Positions 26,801 to 41,800 of a stretch of DNA of 64,000 bases are shown here, piece after piece. Under the pieces are notes generated by a model. The model did not search any database, was not told the origin of the DNA, and saw nothing but the letters and a program-made list of their open reading frames with translations. A program made the translations under genes and the position numbers. The stretch lies in the NCBI GenBank assembly GCA_013265495.1, contig MU058781.1, forward strand, positions 11,265,009 to 11,329,008. The letters run 5' to 3'. This DNA is from Vicugna vicugna (lineage: Eukaryota). The stretch's first letter is position 1. The number at the start of each line of letters is the position of its first letter.

Positions 26801-29800
26801 TCATACTGATGAAAACATTCAGGAATTAGATAAACTTATACCTACCAGCCAAGCCTTGTGTAGGGAAATGACAAGAAATAAGATGCTAAGGGGCTCGAAA
26901 CATGCTTCGGTGTCTCCAGGGAGCTGCCAGTCAACATTGCCTGGAGGCTTGTTTTCAAATTTTGGTACATGAAGAATAGGGAATCCTGAAATAACATGAT
27001 TACAGACAAAGACACAGCATCGTCTACAAAGCTACCGTTTCCTGTCAAAAGCATTGGACTTTGGTAAAGGAAACAGGATTTCACAAGTGCTGAGAAATAA
27101 AAATATCGATTTTTATCAACAAGAAAGAAGACTTATCATAGGCAATGAGAAGAGTGGAATCACACCTCCGATATGTGCTCAGGGGTGGGGGGCATAGCCC
27201 TAGAGGTCAGGTCATCACTGGAAGAAAGTCAGCGGGGGTTAACCTGAAGCAACCAAGTCAGGATGGTCTGTATTAATCTGCAGAATCAACTCAACAAAAG
27301 AATTATTATGGACCAAAACTTTTTAAAAGATAAGTCCATTCAAATCAAGAACTATAATTATATTTGTATATATATTCTCTTTTTCCCCCTGAAATCCCAC
27401 CAGGATGCCAGAAACCCTCCAAACCACACCCAAACTGTGATGCTGCTGGATTTGCTTTGTGTCCCAAGAAGCCGGGCAGGCCTGAGAGGTCACGTGCAGA
27501 GTGCAGGGAGCTGTAAGCAAGAGAACTGGAGGGACAGCACACCCCTCAGCTTGAGATGCTGAATTGTTCTTAATGTGGTTACTACAGAGACACAAATACA
27601 GACCGGAGTGGCCCTGAACAACCTGGCCGGGCACTAGAGCCATCAGAGTTCAGGGGACACAACTCGAAACCAAACACTGGGGTGACATAAAACTAAACAA
27701 GAATTCCCAGGCCTGCCCCAGAGGAGAACCAGCTCGGAGCAGAGGCAGCCCTGGACAGCTCAGTCTCTGCAGGAAGAGGCTGTGCCTTCTGTTTTCCCTC
27801 CCTACCCCCTCTGGGAGGCCACCCACGGATTGCTCACTGATGCCCCGCTCTGACTTCCTGGTTCATCCAGGATGCACCACGCCAGGCCTTGGGAATATAA
27901 AGTCCTTCTCTTACACAACTTTACCTTTTGTGAAGGAGACAGGTTCAAATAATTGCAAGACAGAATGATACAGGCTATAATGGAACTTCCCAGGTCTAGG
28001 AGTGGCTACATAATTTGGGGAGCCCATTGCAAAATGAAAACGTGGAGCTTCTTACCCCAAAGGTACTCAGAATTTTAAGGCATTGACAGCAGAGCATTAA
28101 ACCAAGCATGAGACCCTTCTCAGCGTGATGGCACAGGCCACACACCTACCCCAGCCCTCGCCCAGCTCACCTTCTCCACAATCCAATGCCTACTTCCCCT
28201 CCCAACTCTTTTAAGTATCTCATATCTTTGTGTTGCAGGCAAACAAGACTGCTCAGATTGCTAAACATCCTGAAACTTTTCCAACCCACTACCAGAAATA
28301 CATGCTCAATGATGAGAAATTATCTACTATTCAAGGCCTAACTCAAATGCCACCTCCTCCATGAAGCCTTCTCTGATAGCAGGGGTAGAATTTTTTTTTA
28401 TCTGAGAGGCTACATATCCTCTTTGCCCCCAACCATAGTATTTGTCACATTCTACTCACGTATGGTTATTTTTCTATTGATTACCCCGATTAGACTGCAA
28501 TTTTCTAAATGTCAGAGTCTATTTCCCTTTCATCCTCTGTCCCTCCAGTAGAGTGTCTGACACTTAAAAGATGATCTCGTGGAGGAACTTCATATGCAGT
28601 GGTGGCCCTTAGCGTGGGGCTCTGCATGGTGTGCCTACAATACTGCTGACACACTTTGTAGGAAGGACAAAGTAGGACTGGCCTGGTGCCCAGGGCCACC
28701 TTGGGCCCCACTGGACTTGCCAAAGGCCACTGAGGTCAAGACTTGCATCATAGGAAGTCTCTGGAACAAACCAGACTTGGAGGCCAAGGATGCTTGCTAG
28801 CCTGGCTCATGCCCAGGTGACTTTCAATGAACGATTAAACAGACAGTAACTCTACAAAACACCATCTCACAGGAAGCAGCAGGTATCTCCATTCAAAGCA
28901 GAAAATTCTTGGAGGGTGGGTATAGCTCAGTGGTAGAACGAATGCTTAGCATGCACAAGGTCATGGGTTCAATCCCCAGTACCTCCAATTAAATAAAAAT
29001 AAATAAATAAACCTAATTGCCTCCCCCCACCAAAAAAAAAATTCTTACCGGGGTCCAGGAGTCCACACTAAATTTAAAGAACACTCCTCTTTTGGTATAG
29101 TGTATATTTTTCCCAATATTGTTAGTGAGGGATATAGTCACATTTCTATGAAAATCATTTTTCTGTGCTTTTGAGCTGCTGAAAAGAAAGGAATAAAATG
29201 GTGAAGACTGATGAAATAACAACCCACTTCCCCAAATAACTGAGTTGAAAAACCTGTTAATCACAGGTTAAAAGGCCATAAAATATTAACATCTGCAAGT
29301 TGAAAGAACAGCAACACAAAAACCAATTTTTTCAAAAAAACTTTTATAAGAGATTCCACAAAATCTTCTAATAACACAATTTCCAAGGTTTAAAAGCCTG
29401 CCCTTACAAAATTGTTTCTTATAGCCTCAAAGTTCTGTAAACATTAAAGGTCTGAATTCCCTCCAGATTACTAAAAGAAAAAAAATCAAAAGTTATGTTA
29501 ACATTTCATACAAATGGCCAAGAAAGGGTCTATAGCTGTTTGGGAAACTGGTATACAGGTGTACGGATTTATCTTTAAATAAATAAGACATGCAAGAATT
29601 CATTATACAATAAAATACATTTTCAAATTCATATCGTTTAACCAGCCTAACAGATCATCTGCCTAGAAAAGCCAGGCAGGTTTCAGAAATGACTGAGAGG
29701 GGAGCGTGTAGCTCAGTGGTAGAGCACATGCTTAGCATGCATGAGGTCCTAGGTTCAATCCCCAATACCTCCATTAATTAAAAAAAAAACCTAATAAGTA

Positions 29801-32800
29801 AATAAATAGACCAAATTACCCCCCACCACCACCAAAAAAAGAAGAGGAAAAAAAAAAAAAAAGAAATGATTGAAGTGGAGGCTGAAGAAAAAGTGAGTGA
29901 AGGGACCAGCCAGTGCAGGGATTCGACAATCTAGAGGTTGCAAGCCGGATCTAAAGGTGTGCAATTCAATTCAAACAAAAGAAGACTTAACCTATTTGAA
30001 TCAATTAAAGAGTGAGGGCTTCCCTGAACCCTTTCTACACATGTTCAATTCTTTGGAAGCTCTCAACTCTCTCACCTTAGCACCTTTCCTTGCAATGCCC
30101 TCTTTTTGAGTATTTGACTCCTGCACACCCTTAAATATCTTGGTTGAAGCATCACTTCAGAAGTTCGCCAAGACTGGGTTAGGACACAGTGGTGCACACC
30201 CCTGAGCACCCAGCACTCTTCCCTCCTGACACTTAAGGGTGTTTACAAGTTCTCGTTCTGCACCTGTCCCCCTGCTAGGCCACCATCCTCTGCCTTGTTC
30301 ACCATGAGGTCCCTAAATGCCTACACTAGCTCCTGGCACCTCATGAGGGGGAAATACTATTTTATAATCGGTAATACTTTATTAGGAATCTTATTTATAG
30401 GATTAATTATTAAATGCATGGGTGAACAGTTAGTGCTTGGTACCTGACTCCAGCAGGGAGTAAAACCTCCTCTTAGAACACACCCTGGATCCTGGGCCTG
30501 TCCCTACCTGGAGGGCTTCTCCCCACCCTGTCTCATAGGGAATTCCTTTCTCGGGGTGAAATTTGGATAAAGTTTATGAGTAATAATGATGATAACAATA
30601 CTATTAACTACCATTTAGTATTTAGTGAGCAACTTATAAACATGCTACTTGCTTTACATCCATCTTGCACATAATCCACACCACAACTCTGGGACTATGA
30701 ATATGTATTTTTTCAAAAAAAGGAAGCCACAGCTCAAAAAAAAAAAAAAATAAGCAACTTTCTTTAAAAAAAAAAAATCACACAGTTGTAAATAGCAGAC
30801 CTGGGATTTGAACTCCTTCTGTCTACAGATCCCACACATGCAGTGTCTACTGAGCACCCCGCCTAATGAGATGTTCTTTTTCTATGAGTAATTTTAGAAC
30901 CCACTTACCCCTGGGTGTTCTTTTGCTGGCTGCCACATGCAATGAACAGAGGGTTCTCAGGTAGGCTGCAGTCACTGGAAAATAGTCAAATAAGTTTGGG
31001 CATTTTTCTACCTTCTTTCAAGTATGAACTTTACTGAGAATCAGTGATGCACTTCAAACCACCTCCAAGTCTTAGGGCAGAGGTGTTCATGCCTTAGCCA
31101 GACAGAGCTGGTAAAGGGTCAGAGTCCTACCTGGTGAGGGTGGATAAGCAGGTGGCATTACAGCAACACAGGCAGCCACGCGCTGCTGGTCACCCCAGAT
31201 TCTATAGCTTTGCCCCTCCCTCCAGCTCCACCTGCTGAGCTGCTCCCCGATCACATGAGCAGAGACGAAGAGACAGATTTCCAGCTGTGTCTCTTTCTGC
31301 CCAACACTCCAGTGTCTTTTTTTTTTTAATTGACACATAAGTGGTTTATAATACTGTGTTAATTTCTGCTGTACAGCACAGTGATTCAGTTATACATATA
31401 TATTTCCCTTCATATTCTTTTTCATTATAGGCCATTAGGAGGTACTGAATACAATTCCCTGTGCTATACAGTAGGACTTTGTTGTTTTATCTATTTTAGG
31501 TACCGCAGTTAGCATCTGCAAATCCCGAACTCCCACTTTATCCCTCCACCCATCCCCTTTCCTCTCTGGTACCCATAAGTTTGCCTTCTATGTCTTTTGT
31601 CTTTTCTGTCTCAAATGTTTTCATTTCTCATTCTCATTCCTTTCAAAACAAAAATTTATAAACTAAATAATTAAACAGGAACAAAGTATCCCTTTTTACA
31701 AGTAAAAAGGCTTCTGATAGAATATAAGAGGTAAACTTCCTCCCTCACCCTGAACAGAAGCACTAAGGGAGTGGGTATCACGTTAGAAGAGTCTTTTCTA
31801 GAGCGAGGAGTATTTTGCAGGAGAGGAAGATTTGTCCGGAGGTCACTGAGGGAGTTTCAAGGCAGTACGAAGGGAGTGTGGGGCTTGGGGCAAGAGGAAT
31901 TTGCTGGAAAAGAAATTCAGAAAAGAGATGGGAAGAAGCTGAAGGCAAACTTTGTCCATCAAAATCTTTCTTCAGGCCAGCTTTAAGCTGAGGAAAAGAT
32001 TTTTTCGCAAATTCTCTTGTCTCCACCACCAGGATTTGGACGGCAGTCTTACAAGATTAGCATTACAGTTACAGATACTTTTTGAGTTAAGAAAAATTCT
32101 AACTGTAAGTGTAACTACTGTTATTTTATTAAGAAAATATCTGGTGAGTTTCAAGGAACACAAATTTTCTTTGGAAGATCACCTATTAGTAAGTAAAGAA
32201 ACGTTTATAATATAAAAATACATGTTTTTCTTCCTGTCATGAATTCATGTTGCCCGTCTTTGGAGCCTTCTCCAGATTTCCCATAAAATTCCAAACATGC
32301 TGATGAATCTTTCTTTGTAGATGTGTGTAAAGGTGCGATTCATTCATGGAATTTTCTGGCTGGACAAATGAAGACCAGATCAAGAGACAAGAAATCTGTT
32401 CTTTCTCGGTGACTTCCTCCTAATTACAAAATAAGGTCCAGCTGCATAACGCTCCTTAGCTATTTGGACAACCTAGCCAACAACCAGACACCAAAATTGT
32501 TTTCCAATTTAAGGATCAATACACATGGACTTAACAAATAAATGCAGGTCCTTTGCGCTAACATGGCCATGTGTTATGAATCCTCAATATAAACTTAACT
32601 TCCTGTGAATAATACTATTAGTGGCCAACACTGAAACATTTTGTTTTAAACACTGACGCACTAGTAAAGCATTTACTATACACTAAACCCTTCACAGGAG
32701 TGAGCTCATTCACCCGGCACAACAACCCTATGATAAAGATAGAATTATTACTGTCTACACTTTATAGATGAGGAAACTAAGGCTCAGGGAGATTTAACAA

Positions 32801-35800
32801 TGTGTTCGGGATAACTCATTAGGGAGAGGTGGGTCTCTTAAATTCCAAAGCTCATCCTCTCTACAACTCCTGTGTGCCTAAAAGCCCACAGTCATCAAAG
32901 AGCTTGGGGGTTTTAATTCAGGTTGATTTTCTACTATGAAAAGTAGTATTTATATTGGATTGTTTCTGTCTGCCAAATTGTTACTCACTGAGTCTTAAAA
33001 GCAAATTTAGTATCTACCAGCCTAGGGTCGAATTTACCATCAAAGGGAATTTTGTTTCCAATCAACATAACATATATAATTGTGTTCAATATATACATTG
33101 TGTGTATGATATAAAACAGGATATATATAGTTATGGTTAACATTCTTTAAATACTAGCAAATATTTCTAAGGGCAAAGTAACTTCATCCAGTGTATACTC
33201 TTCTAGAGCTATGCCTATAAGGGCCACCAAGCCTATAAACCCCAACCTTGCTATGATCTTCACCTAGAATAGCCACCCAAGTGCAGCTCTTATCACAGAA
33301 TCTCTTTCTCAGTGCTGTGGCTGCTGCTTAAGCATCCTGCCCTGTCCTTGGCCAGCAGCAAGTGCTGCCTCCAATGGCCCCTATCCAGACCCATCCCTAT
33401 CCTGCTCAGTTCGGCAGCATGGGAGCGGCTGCATCCTCACAGGTATGGTTGGAAATAGGTTCTGCTAGAACCCTGGCTCCCTCAGACTACAGGTAGATCC
33501 TGTGAGAGCCAAAATGTCTACTACAGCTGGAAGTGGGGATAAGACCAGCCACCCTGGTCTACGCCTCACCTGAATCTCTGGTTGACATTCGTCCTGGGTG
33601 TGCTGGGGAGGAACAGAGAAGGAGCTGGAAGTTGAAAAGCTATCCCCTCTGGGCTTGATGTCAGAGCCCAACAGAGGCTGTGCTTGATGAACACTCTCAT
33701 TTCAGATTTTATTTTGGAGAGTGGGGATTAGGTGGAGTACCCTTTGTAACCCCTGAACCCAGAGAGGTCCAGTCGGGGTGAGGGTAAAGATCGCCACATC
33801 CTTTGCTGGAGCCTGCAGAGAGCTCCTTCCCAAAAGAAACTCTTCTTCCCCAAAGAAACAGAGGCAGCACAACAGTGGAAGTGGATTCCTTCCCACCTGA
33901 GCCATTTCTCATAGATGAAAATTCTGCAGTATCTACCGCTCCATCCCTAAAACAGGAGAGACATCAGCAAGTCTAACCAGATGGGAACCAGTTGGAGCTT
34001 TGACATGACAGTTTCCATTCTTTTCCTTCTTGGTTAGGATGGGAGAGTACTTCTGGAACTTTTTTCCCCTTCATTTGATCAGTTAAAAAACCTGAGAGTT
34101 ATGTTGGGGACAAGAGGTAGCAAGGCAGGGAGTGACTGGTAGGAGAAAGAGTAATAATTCACCTGGTTCCATTCTCTAACATGAAGCTCGTTAGATGGTA
34201 TATATTACTGGACCAAAACATCATGTCATCCAGTCCACCGAGGAAGTATTCTTGAAACTGTTCCACCAAAAATGGGGACTTTCTGGAGTAAGTGGGGTAA
34301 AGCTATGGCAGAGAGAAAGAGAAATAAGTCAATAAATAAATAAGGTGTTACTCTTGGTATCTTTATAACCCTTTAAGATTTTGAAGAATGACACCTTTAC
34401 CTTGGAAACAGCTAACATCTCACCATACCTGCAACAGAAACAATAATTTTGCCAGTGAGATGGGGCTTCCACAAAGAAGTGAAGCAAATAAATGAAGAAG
34501 GAATTCAAAAGCAACTGCCTTTGAACAAGCAAAATCCATAAATCCAAAGTCCACTCTCAGGAAACTACAACATTGGAAACTGTGCTAACGAAGTCACAGC
34601 AAAATCCGTTACAAATTTTCCCCTTGTTACACTTACATTTCCAAGAACTGAAGGTATGAACAGTCAACAATGGCTTTTTTGGTGATGACTTCTCGGCCAT
34701 AGAGTTTCTTGTAAATTTCCAGCAGATCTTCAACGGGCACGTACCTGAGAAAAGCATTAGAATCAAGTTACAAATTGTTCTGATTCTGAAGTTGAAGGTC
34801 ATTAACAGCAGCAACTACCAATTAGTCCAAGATTATTATGTGCCAGACACCATGCAAAGGGCTTCATATACATTATTTATTTAATCCTACCAACCACCTG
34901 GTTGGTACTATCATCCTCCTGCTTCACATACAGGACACTAAGGTAATAAAAAAGTTCAATAATTTGCCCAATGCTGCAAAGCGAACAACTGGTACCTTAA
35001 TCAAATATTTATGCAAAGATAGGAAACTAACTATAAAGTATAAAAGGGATGTTTAGCTTTGTGAATTCATAGTTCAAGGAGCAATATAAACTATTTTTAT
35101 TCTTTTAAGTTGAATTATTCACTAGAATCATTGTTTCAAAAACACCAAAAATGGCTCCTCACCCTGAACATCCTACTTTCAGAGTAAACAGTGCAAGGTA
35201 ATGAAAAAAAATTCTAACTCAAGCTTTAGGTTCACAGATATTAGTTATTTCAGTTGGAAGATGAGCAGCACCTTAAAAATTAGATTTATACTGAGTCATC
35301 TTTTATCTTTATTTCAAAAACCTTAGAATATACCAGACAGCAATCACAATCAATAAATTTTAGTATATTTATAAGAAGGAATCTGTTGAGATGTCCATTT
35401 TTTATTTTTATAAGAGCACTAGAATGGTCCACCCAATAAACTTAGCTTAAAAGTCTGGACAAAATAACAAAAATATATTTTTTTTTAATGAATCACCCAG
35501 CTAACAAAAAAGTGAAAATTTTCTAAGGCCAAAACCAAATAGAAACTGGAAACTTTGGGAGGTAAACGAGTGGGAAAGCCAGATTTCGCCCTGAAGACAT
35601 CTGCCAAACTGTGGGAACCCAGGGGTTTTCTGATGGCTGCCTGGTGTGCAGGAGACAGGGAATAAAGTATAGAAACCACCCAAAGTGGACCATCTCAGAG
35701 GAGACTCTGCATGAAAGTCTACCCCTTCTGCATGAGTATTAGCTGGGGATAAACCCAACATATTAACAAGGACGCAAAGAAACCTGCCTGTCTTCAACTT

Positions 35801-38800
35801 GGCAATGGATAGAGAGGGGAAAATATCTGCCCCTAGAATTGGTAACCACTCTCAGCCCCACAAATGTTTTCCCTTGCATGCATGCTATCTGTGTAGTCCG
35901 AACAACTTCAAGGACTGAATGTAACTGAATGTGGTCCCAGGTTGATGTGCCTAGAGCCAGCCTGCACAAGGCAAGAACAAACCCTCTCTGGAGAAAAGCG
36001 AATCTACCTCAAGCCTCGAGAAATTCAGTCACTGCAGAATATAACTGAAAGAAGACCAGATCCCCAGTGAGGCACAATTTGAAATGGACGTCTAATCCAG
36101 TGCAGACTACCCTGTGTGGAGAGTCGGGGGAACTCGCATGTCACTGCTGCCACCACCTCTTCCTGGGCATCCAAAGGCCAGCTGGCCTCATCTAATCTGG
36201 GAGTGACCTGTTGGTGCTGGGCCTCTCTTAGTTCTGAGGCAGCTGGACCAGGGATAGGAATGATCAGCTTGCCAAGCCCCTAGCTCTGCTTCCTCTTTGT
36301 TCTGCAAGTGCTCCTCCCAACTCCTAGATCTCCTTGCTCAGGGGTGAGGCTGGGACTGGGAGATAGAGTTATGTCATCTTCTGACTGCTTAGTAAACATC
36401 TGAAGAAAAAACAAACAACAACAACAACAACAACAAATGTGACTACAATAATATCTTATAAACAGACTTGAGCATTGTTAGATCTAAAGAATCACTACAT
36501 CATTATAAAAGGGTCAATTCACCAGAAAGATGTAAGATTTTGAAACTTGAATGTACCTAACAACATACCTTCAAACACATATAATAAACTTTGACATAAT
36601 GACAAGGGGGAAAAATCCACTATCATTTTAAACTAATAAAATATGTAAGACCTTGATGGAAAACCTATAAAACTTTAAAGTCATTAAAGACAACTTGAAT
36701 AAAATATATAGCATATTTATGGATAAGTAGACTCAATGTTGCAAAACTGTTAATTCTCTCCCAATTGATCTCTAGAGTCAATATAATTCTAATCAAAATT
36801 CCAATGGGACTTTTCTTAGAACATAGCAGCTTGATCTTACCACTTTATTTGAAAGAGCCAAGGCAAGAGACTAGACAAGGTATGTTTGAAGAAAAACAAC
36901 AGGTTGGGTAGTCAGCCCTAATAGACGTCAAAATGTGTTGTAACGCTGTTGTCATTTTAAAAATCAGTATTACTCAGAGATAGTCAATTAGACCAATAGA
37001 ACATGATGGAAGTCCCAGAAACTGACCCACATACATAAGGAATTTTAATTTATGTCAGAGAGGGCACTGCCGATCAATGAGGAAAGGATAGACTGTTGAT
37101 AAATGGTTCTGAGACAGTAAGTTATCTCTAAAGAAAAAAATAAAATTTCTATCAGAGTATACAAAAAATTAAGTCCAGGTAAATTAAAGATATAAAGTTA
37201 AAAAATGAAACTTATAAAAGATTTAGAAGGCTGTGTAGAATAACTTTCATGCCCTCAAGGTGCGAGAGGGTTTCTGAAATAAGACATCAAAAGTACAAAT
37301 CCCAAAGGAAAGGACTGAAATATTCAACAACATTAAAATTAACAAATTCTGTTTATCAAGATACACCATAAAACAAGTTAAAAGACTTGCCACAAACTAT
37401 AAAAAGATACTTGTAACAAATAAATGATAAAGTGACAAAAGATTAGAAGGCAGAATATACAAAGAACACTCAAATAAAAAGGACAAACAATCCAACAGAA
37501 AAACAGGCTAAAAACCAAACAGGATTTTCACTTAAAGTGAAACACAAGTGATCAATAAAATATGAATATTCAGCCTCTTTAGGAATCTGGGAAATGCAAA
37601 TTAAAAGCTTAAGGAGGTACCATTACACACCAAACATGTTTTTAAAAAGTGTTTAAGTTCAACAATACCAAGTACTGGAGAACACAGAAGGAGGAGAACA
37701 AAGCGGATGGGAGTATAAACTGGGAAGATCATTCTGAATGAGCGTCTGGGATTTCTTAGTTCAGTTCATCAGGCATAAACCCTACAGCCCTGCAATTCCA
37801 CTTCTGGTGCCGGTTACTTGAAAGAGATTCCCCTCCAGTGCACAAATGTAGGTACAAAAATGCTCATAGCAACACTATGTATGAAGCAAAACCACTTAAC
37901 ATTGCCTACACATCCATTAACATTAGAATGAAGCTGATTCATTTTGGTACATGGAGGACTACAGAGTGGTGAAAATGAATGAACTACAGCCAAACTTATC
38001 AATATGACTAAATCACAGAAAGATCATTTTAAGCAAGAAATTAAATCTTAAAAATTTCAATTAAATTTCATCTTAAGAAGAACACAAGCTGTGTAATTCT
38101 AATCATCTAAAGTGAAGAACCATGTACTATTTTGCATATGCATACATCCCTAGGTAGTAAAACTATAGAGAAAAGCAAAAAAATGAGTAACAGAAAACCT
38201 TAAGGCAGTGGTTATCCCTGGAGACAGAGAAGGTGACGTGACAGAGGAGGGAAGGCGTGGAGCTTCTAGATCCCAGGAATGCTCTATTTCGTAAACTGAG
38301 TGGCAACTACACGGGTGAGCAGCATCCTTTTTATTTATAAACATACATTATCTTACATGTTTGGTGTAATTCACATATCTCTAAAAGAATCTAGACTATT
38401 CATTTTTTTTAATTTTTTTAATTAAAGTTCAATATCTTGTACTCAGACTGCTCAAATCTGTAGTTTTACTTCTTATTTACAAATGCAGAAGACTCCTAAT
38501 GACATTGTAAGTTCTATTTTCTAAGGAAAAAAACGAGTCAAGCTCCCAATTGCCATTTAGGTATCCCGTATTTAAACGTACGTTGCTCTTACCAGTGCCG
38601 TGCAAGGTAATTAAAGTTAAACTCAAACTGGCTCAACACGTCTCCTCCTATGATATGAGAAAACATTTACATTTGGTGCATTAGTGACAGTACACAGCAT
38701 GCTGCTTGGAGCACAAATTTGCATACTCCAGGTAATTAGTTCTTCACACTGTTACAGGTTTCTTTTCATTATTTTAGGTATAGGTGTGTCTTTAAGAAAA

Positions 38801-41800
38801 AGTGATCTTTTAAAGTCTTAGCTAGTGAAACACATGAATTAAGAAAGGATCACCCAGGAGCAGGGGAGTGTATAGCTTAGTGGTAGAGCACATGCTTAGC
38901 ATGCATGAGGTCCTGGGTTCAATCCCCAGTGCCCGCATTAAAAGAAATAAATAAACCTAATTATCCAACCCTAAAAAATAAAATAAAAATTTTTAAAAAG
39001 AAGAGATACTTCAATAAAAAAAATACATATATACAAAGAAAAGAAGAGAACTACCCATATAACAAAAAGGTTTTTTACTTTAAGGTGGACCATGAGGGTT
39101 CTTTAAATCATCACCACTCACCATTCACTTTGTATAGTTAAAGGTAATTTACTACAGAAAAAAGGTGAAATTTACCAATTTAAAGCTAAAGTTATTAGGA
39201 GACACTTGGTAATGAATTTTAATCTGACATAAAAGTAAAGCTTTTCTAAAATTATGACAAGTCAGTGATGAAATGTGATTTTTTAAATAAAAATACATAT
39301 ACACCACTTTTCAGAAGTACACCTCTATATTAAGTGAGGTATGCCTGTACTCTAAATGAACAGCAATATTAAAACAGAAGGCTAATTAGCACAGGCTATT
39401 GGAAGAGATGGAAAAAAGACATATTTAAGGTACAGTAGTGACTTCATTGCAAGTGAAATATAACTCCCACAGAAGAGACTTTGACAAACATAAACAAACA
39501 GTACCGAAATCACCAGTCGGATGTGCCTCGGAATAGGAGTTGTGAAAATCAATCTGAGAAAGAGAGAGAACCATCTGGTATGTATCATAAATTGAAGCCC
39601 AAACTCCTAGCCCACTGTTAAGCAAGGAGTGGGGAGATGACAGCCTAACCCAAAGGACTGCTGAGGACGCCTAGTGGGCAGATGCACTTTTCAAAGGAAC
39701 ATTTAACTTTATTTTATTTGTTAAAAAATTAGGGAGGAAGGTATAGCTCAGTGTAGAGCATGTACTTAGCATGTATGAGGTCCTGGGTTCAGTCCCCAGT
39801 GCCTCCATTAATAAAAGAACAATGAATAAAAACCTAACTACCACCCCGTCCTAAAAAATTATACTGGAAGCTGAGTTGTATACTTCATGTTTTATAGCAG
39901 ATAAGCTACTGCAGACCTTTGCATCTGATAGGATATACAAAATCTCCACTAAGCACAAGTTAAAACTTCTCACCGAATGGTATTTATACCAATGAATGTC
40001 CAGAGGGGACTTTCAGAAACTAAGTCATCAGGTAAGATCACAATTTCCAGTGTGGGGATATAGCATCTTCATATAGACAAGTGAAAAGGAAAGAAAAAAA
40101 ACAAAACAAAAAAAAATGTGAAATGATTACTTTTAAATAGAATCAAGTAGTAAGGTATGCATCCCCTTGTTAAGATGCACAGCTTGAATAAAACAGAAAA
40201 TTTCTCAAATCTTGTTTGTGACTAAAACATAACATCCCACCAGTGGCTGTTTTCAGGGCACAGGAGTCATTCTGCCCATGTGGATGAATTTACCCAGGTA
40301 GCAAGAAGAGTAAAAGGAATGAACAGGACAAGATAGAAATCTAACAAATACTGCTTTGGGCAAAGAGTCTCGTCTCCACATGACATCTGAATCACGTAAA
40401 GTTTTTCTTTTCATAAGGGTCTGTTTTGGATCTTGGGTATGACAGAGCCACGCCCATACAGTCATTAACCCAAAGATAAGTACTCACAGCTCCCATCGTC
40501 CTAAGGAAGCCCTGTTCAATGCCCAGGCTGTGCCAGCTGACGTCTGCCACCATGTGAGAGGTAATTCCAAACAGGAATGCTACCAATTTCTCTGTGTCCT
40601 GCCAAATAAGCAAACTAGAGTCATGTGTGTTTGGGTTATTTTATAACAATCCCATTAAAAGTTTTCATAAATATGAATTCATTTCCATTATTGAAACTTA
40701 ACCAAAAAAAATAAAAAATCAGAGACAGGTACATTGTAGTTTCTAGTACCCAAAACACATGAAGGACTTTTGGAAATGTTTTCTAGTGCCTTGGAACTGC
40801 TTTCAGATTAATTTACTATTGGAGCAAAACGACCAAGTGACGTATGCGAAACTAAAAAAAAAAAAAAAAAAATCATGTATTCAGGTGTTAACTAGCCACC
40901 TAGCCACCAGCGCCGTCCCACGAGCTGTGTTTGGCACTGAAGGAGCAATGGTGAGAAGCTCTCACAGAGTCTGGGGGGTGGAGTCCCAGTGGGTGTAATG
41001 CAGGTGCAAAAACAGGACTTGGCAGGCCTGGAACCGAGCATTTTTAGGATTGGAGGCTGCACCTACCTTATCCCAGGGAAGAGGGTAGTTCTCACGGATA
41101 TAATGAACGCTCGCAGTGAGAAATGGAGTCCAGTGAGTGCTCTCAGACACATCATGGAATTGTCCTGGTAAAGCAAAAGCAGGCCTCAGGATTCTTTCTG
41201 AAACAGTTGGAGATTCTCAATCAAATCTTCCACTACTGCCTGCTGCCTTGCTGTGTCCCGTCTCCTTCTCCCCTCCAAGCCCCTTGGCTTCCTGGGTCAA
41301 TGTTCAAAGGAAGCCTCTAGAAAAGAAGGGCCAGTTAGAAGAAAAAGGAGCCCAAACAGCTTGTAGCATCTGGAAACAGCTAGGCTGCAAGAAAGGTTGG
41401 AATTATTTTCAAACAATAAATGCTGGAAAGGGTGTGGAGAAAAGGGAACCCTCCTACATTCTTGGTAGTAATGTAATGTGGTGAAGCCACTATGGAGAAC
41501 AGCATGGAGGGTCCTTAAAAAACTAAACATAGAGTTACCATATGACCCAGCAGTCCCACTCCTGGCCATATATCCCAAGAAAACTCTAATTCAAAAATAT
41601 ACATGCACCCCAGTGTTCACAGCAGCACTGTTTACAATAGCCAAGACATGGAAGCAACCTAAATGTCCATCAACAGATGACTGGATAAAGAAGCTGTGGT
41701 GTATGTGTGTGTGTGTGTATACACACACACAATGGAATATATATATACAATGGAATGTTACTCAGCCATAAAAAATGAAATAATGTCATTTTCAGCAACA

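Noticed and set aside
29699..29773. tRNA-Ala(AGC) gene (and five similar copies)
   Set aside because: Extra bases disturb the acceptor stem, there is no T-run terminator, and the copies share an A-rich tail with TSDs on most, so they are SINEs.
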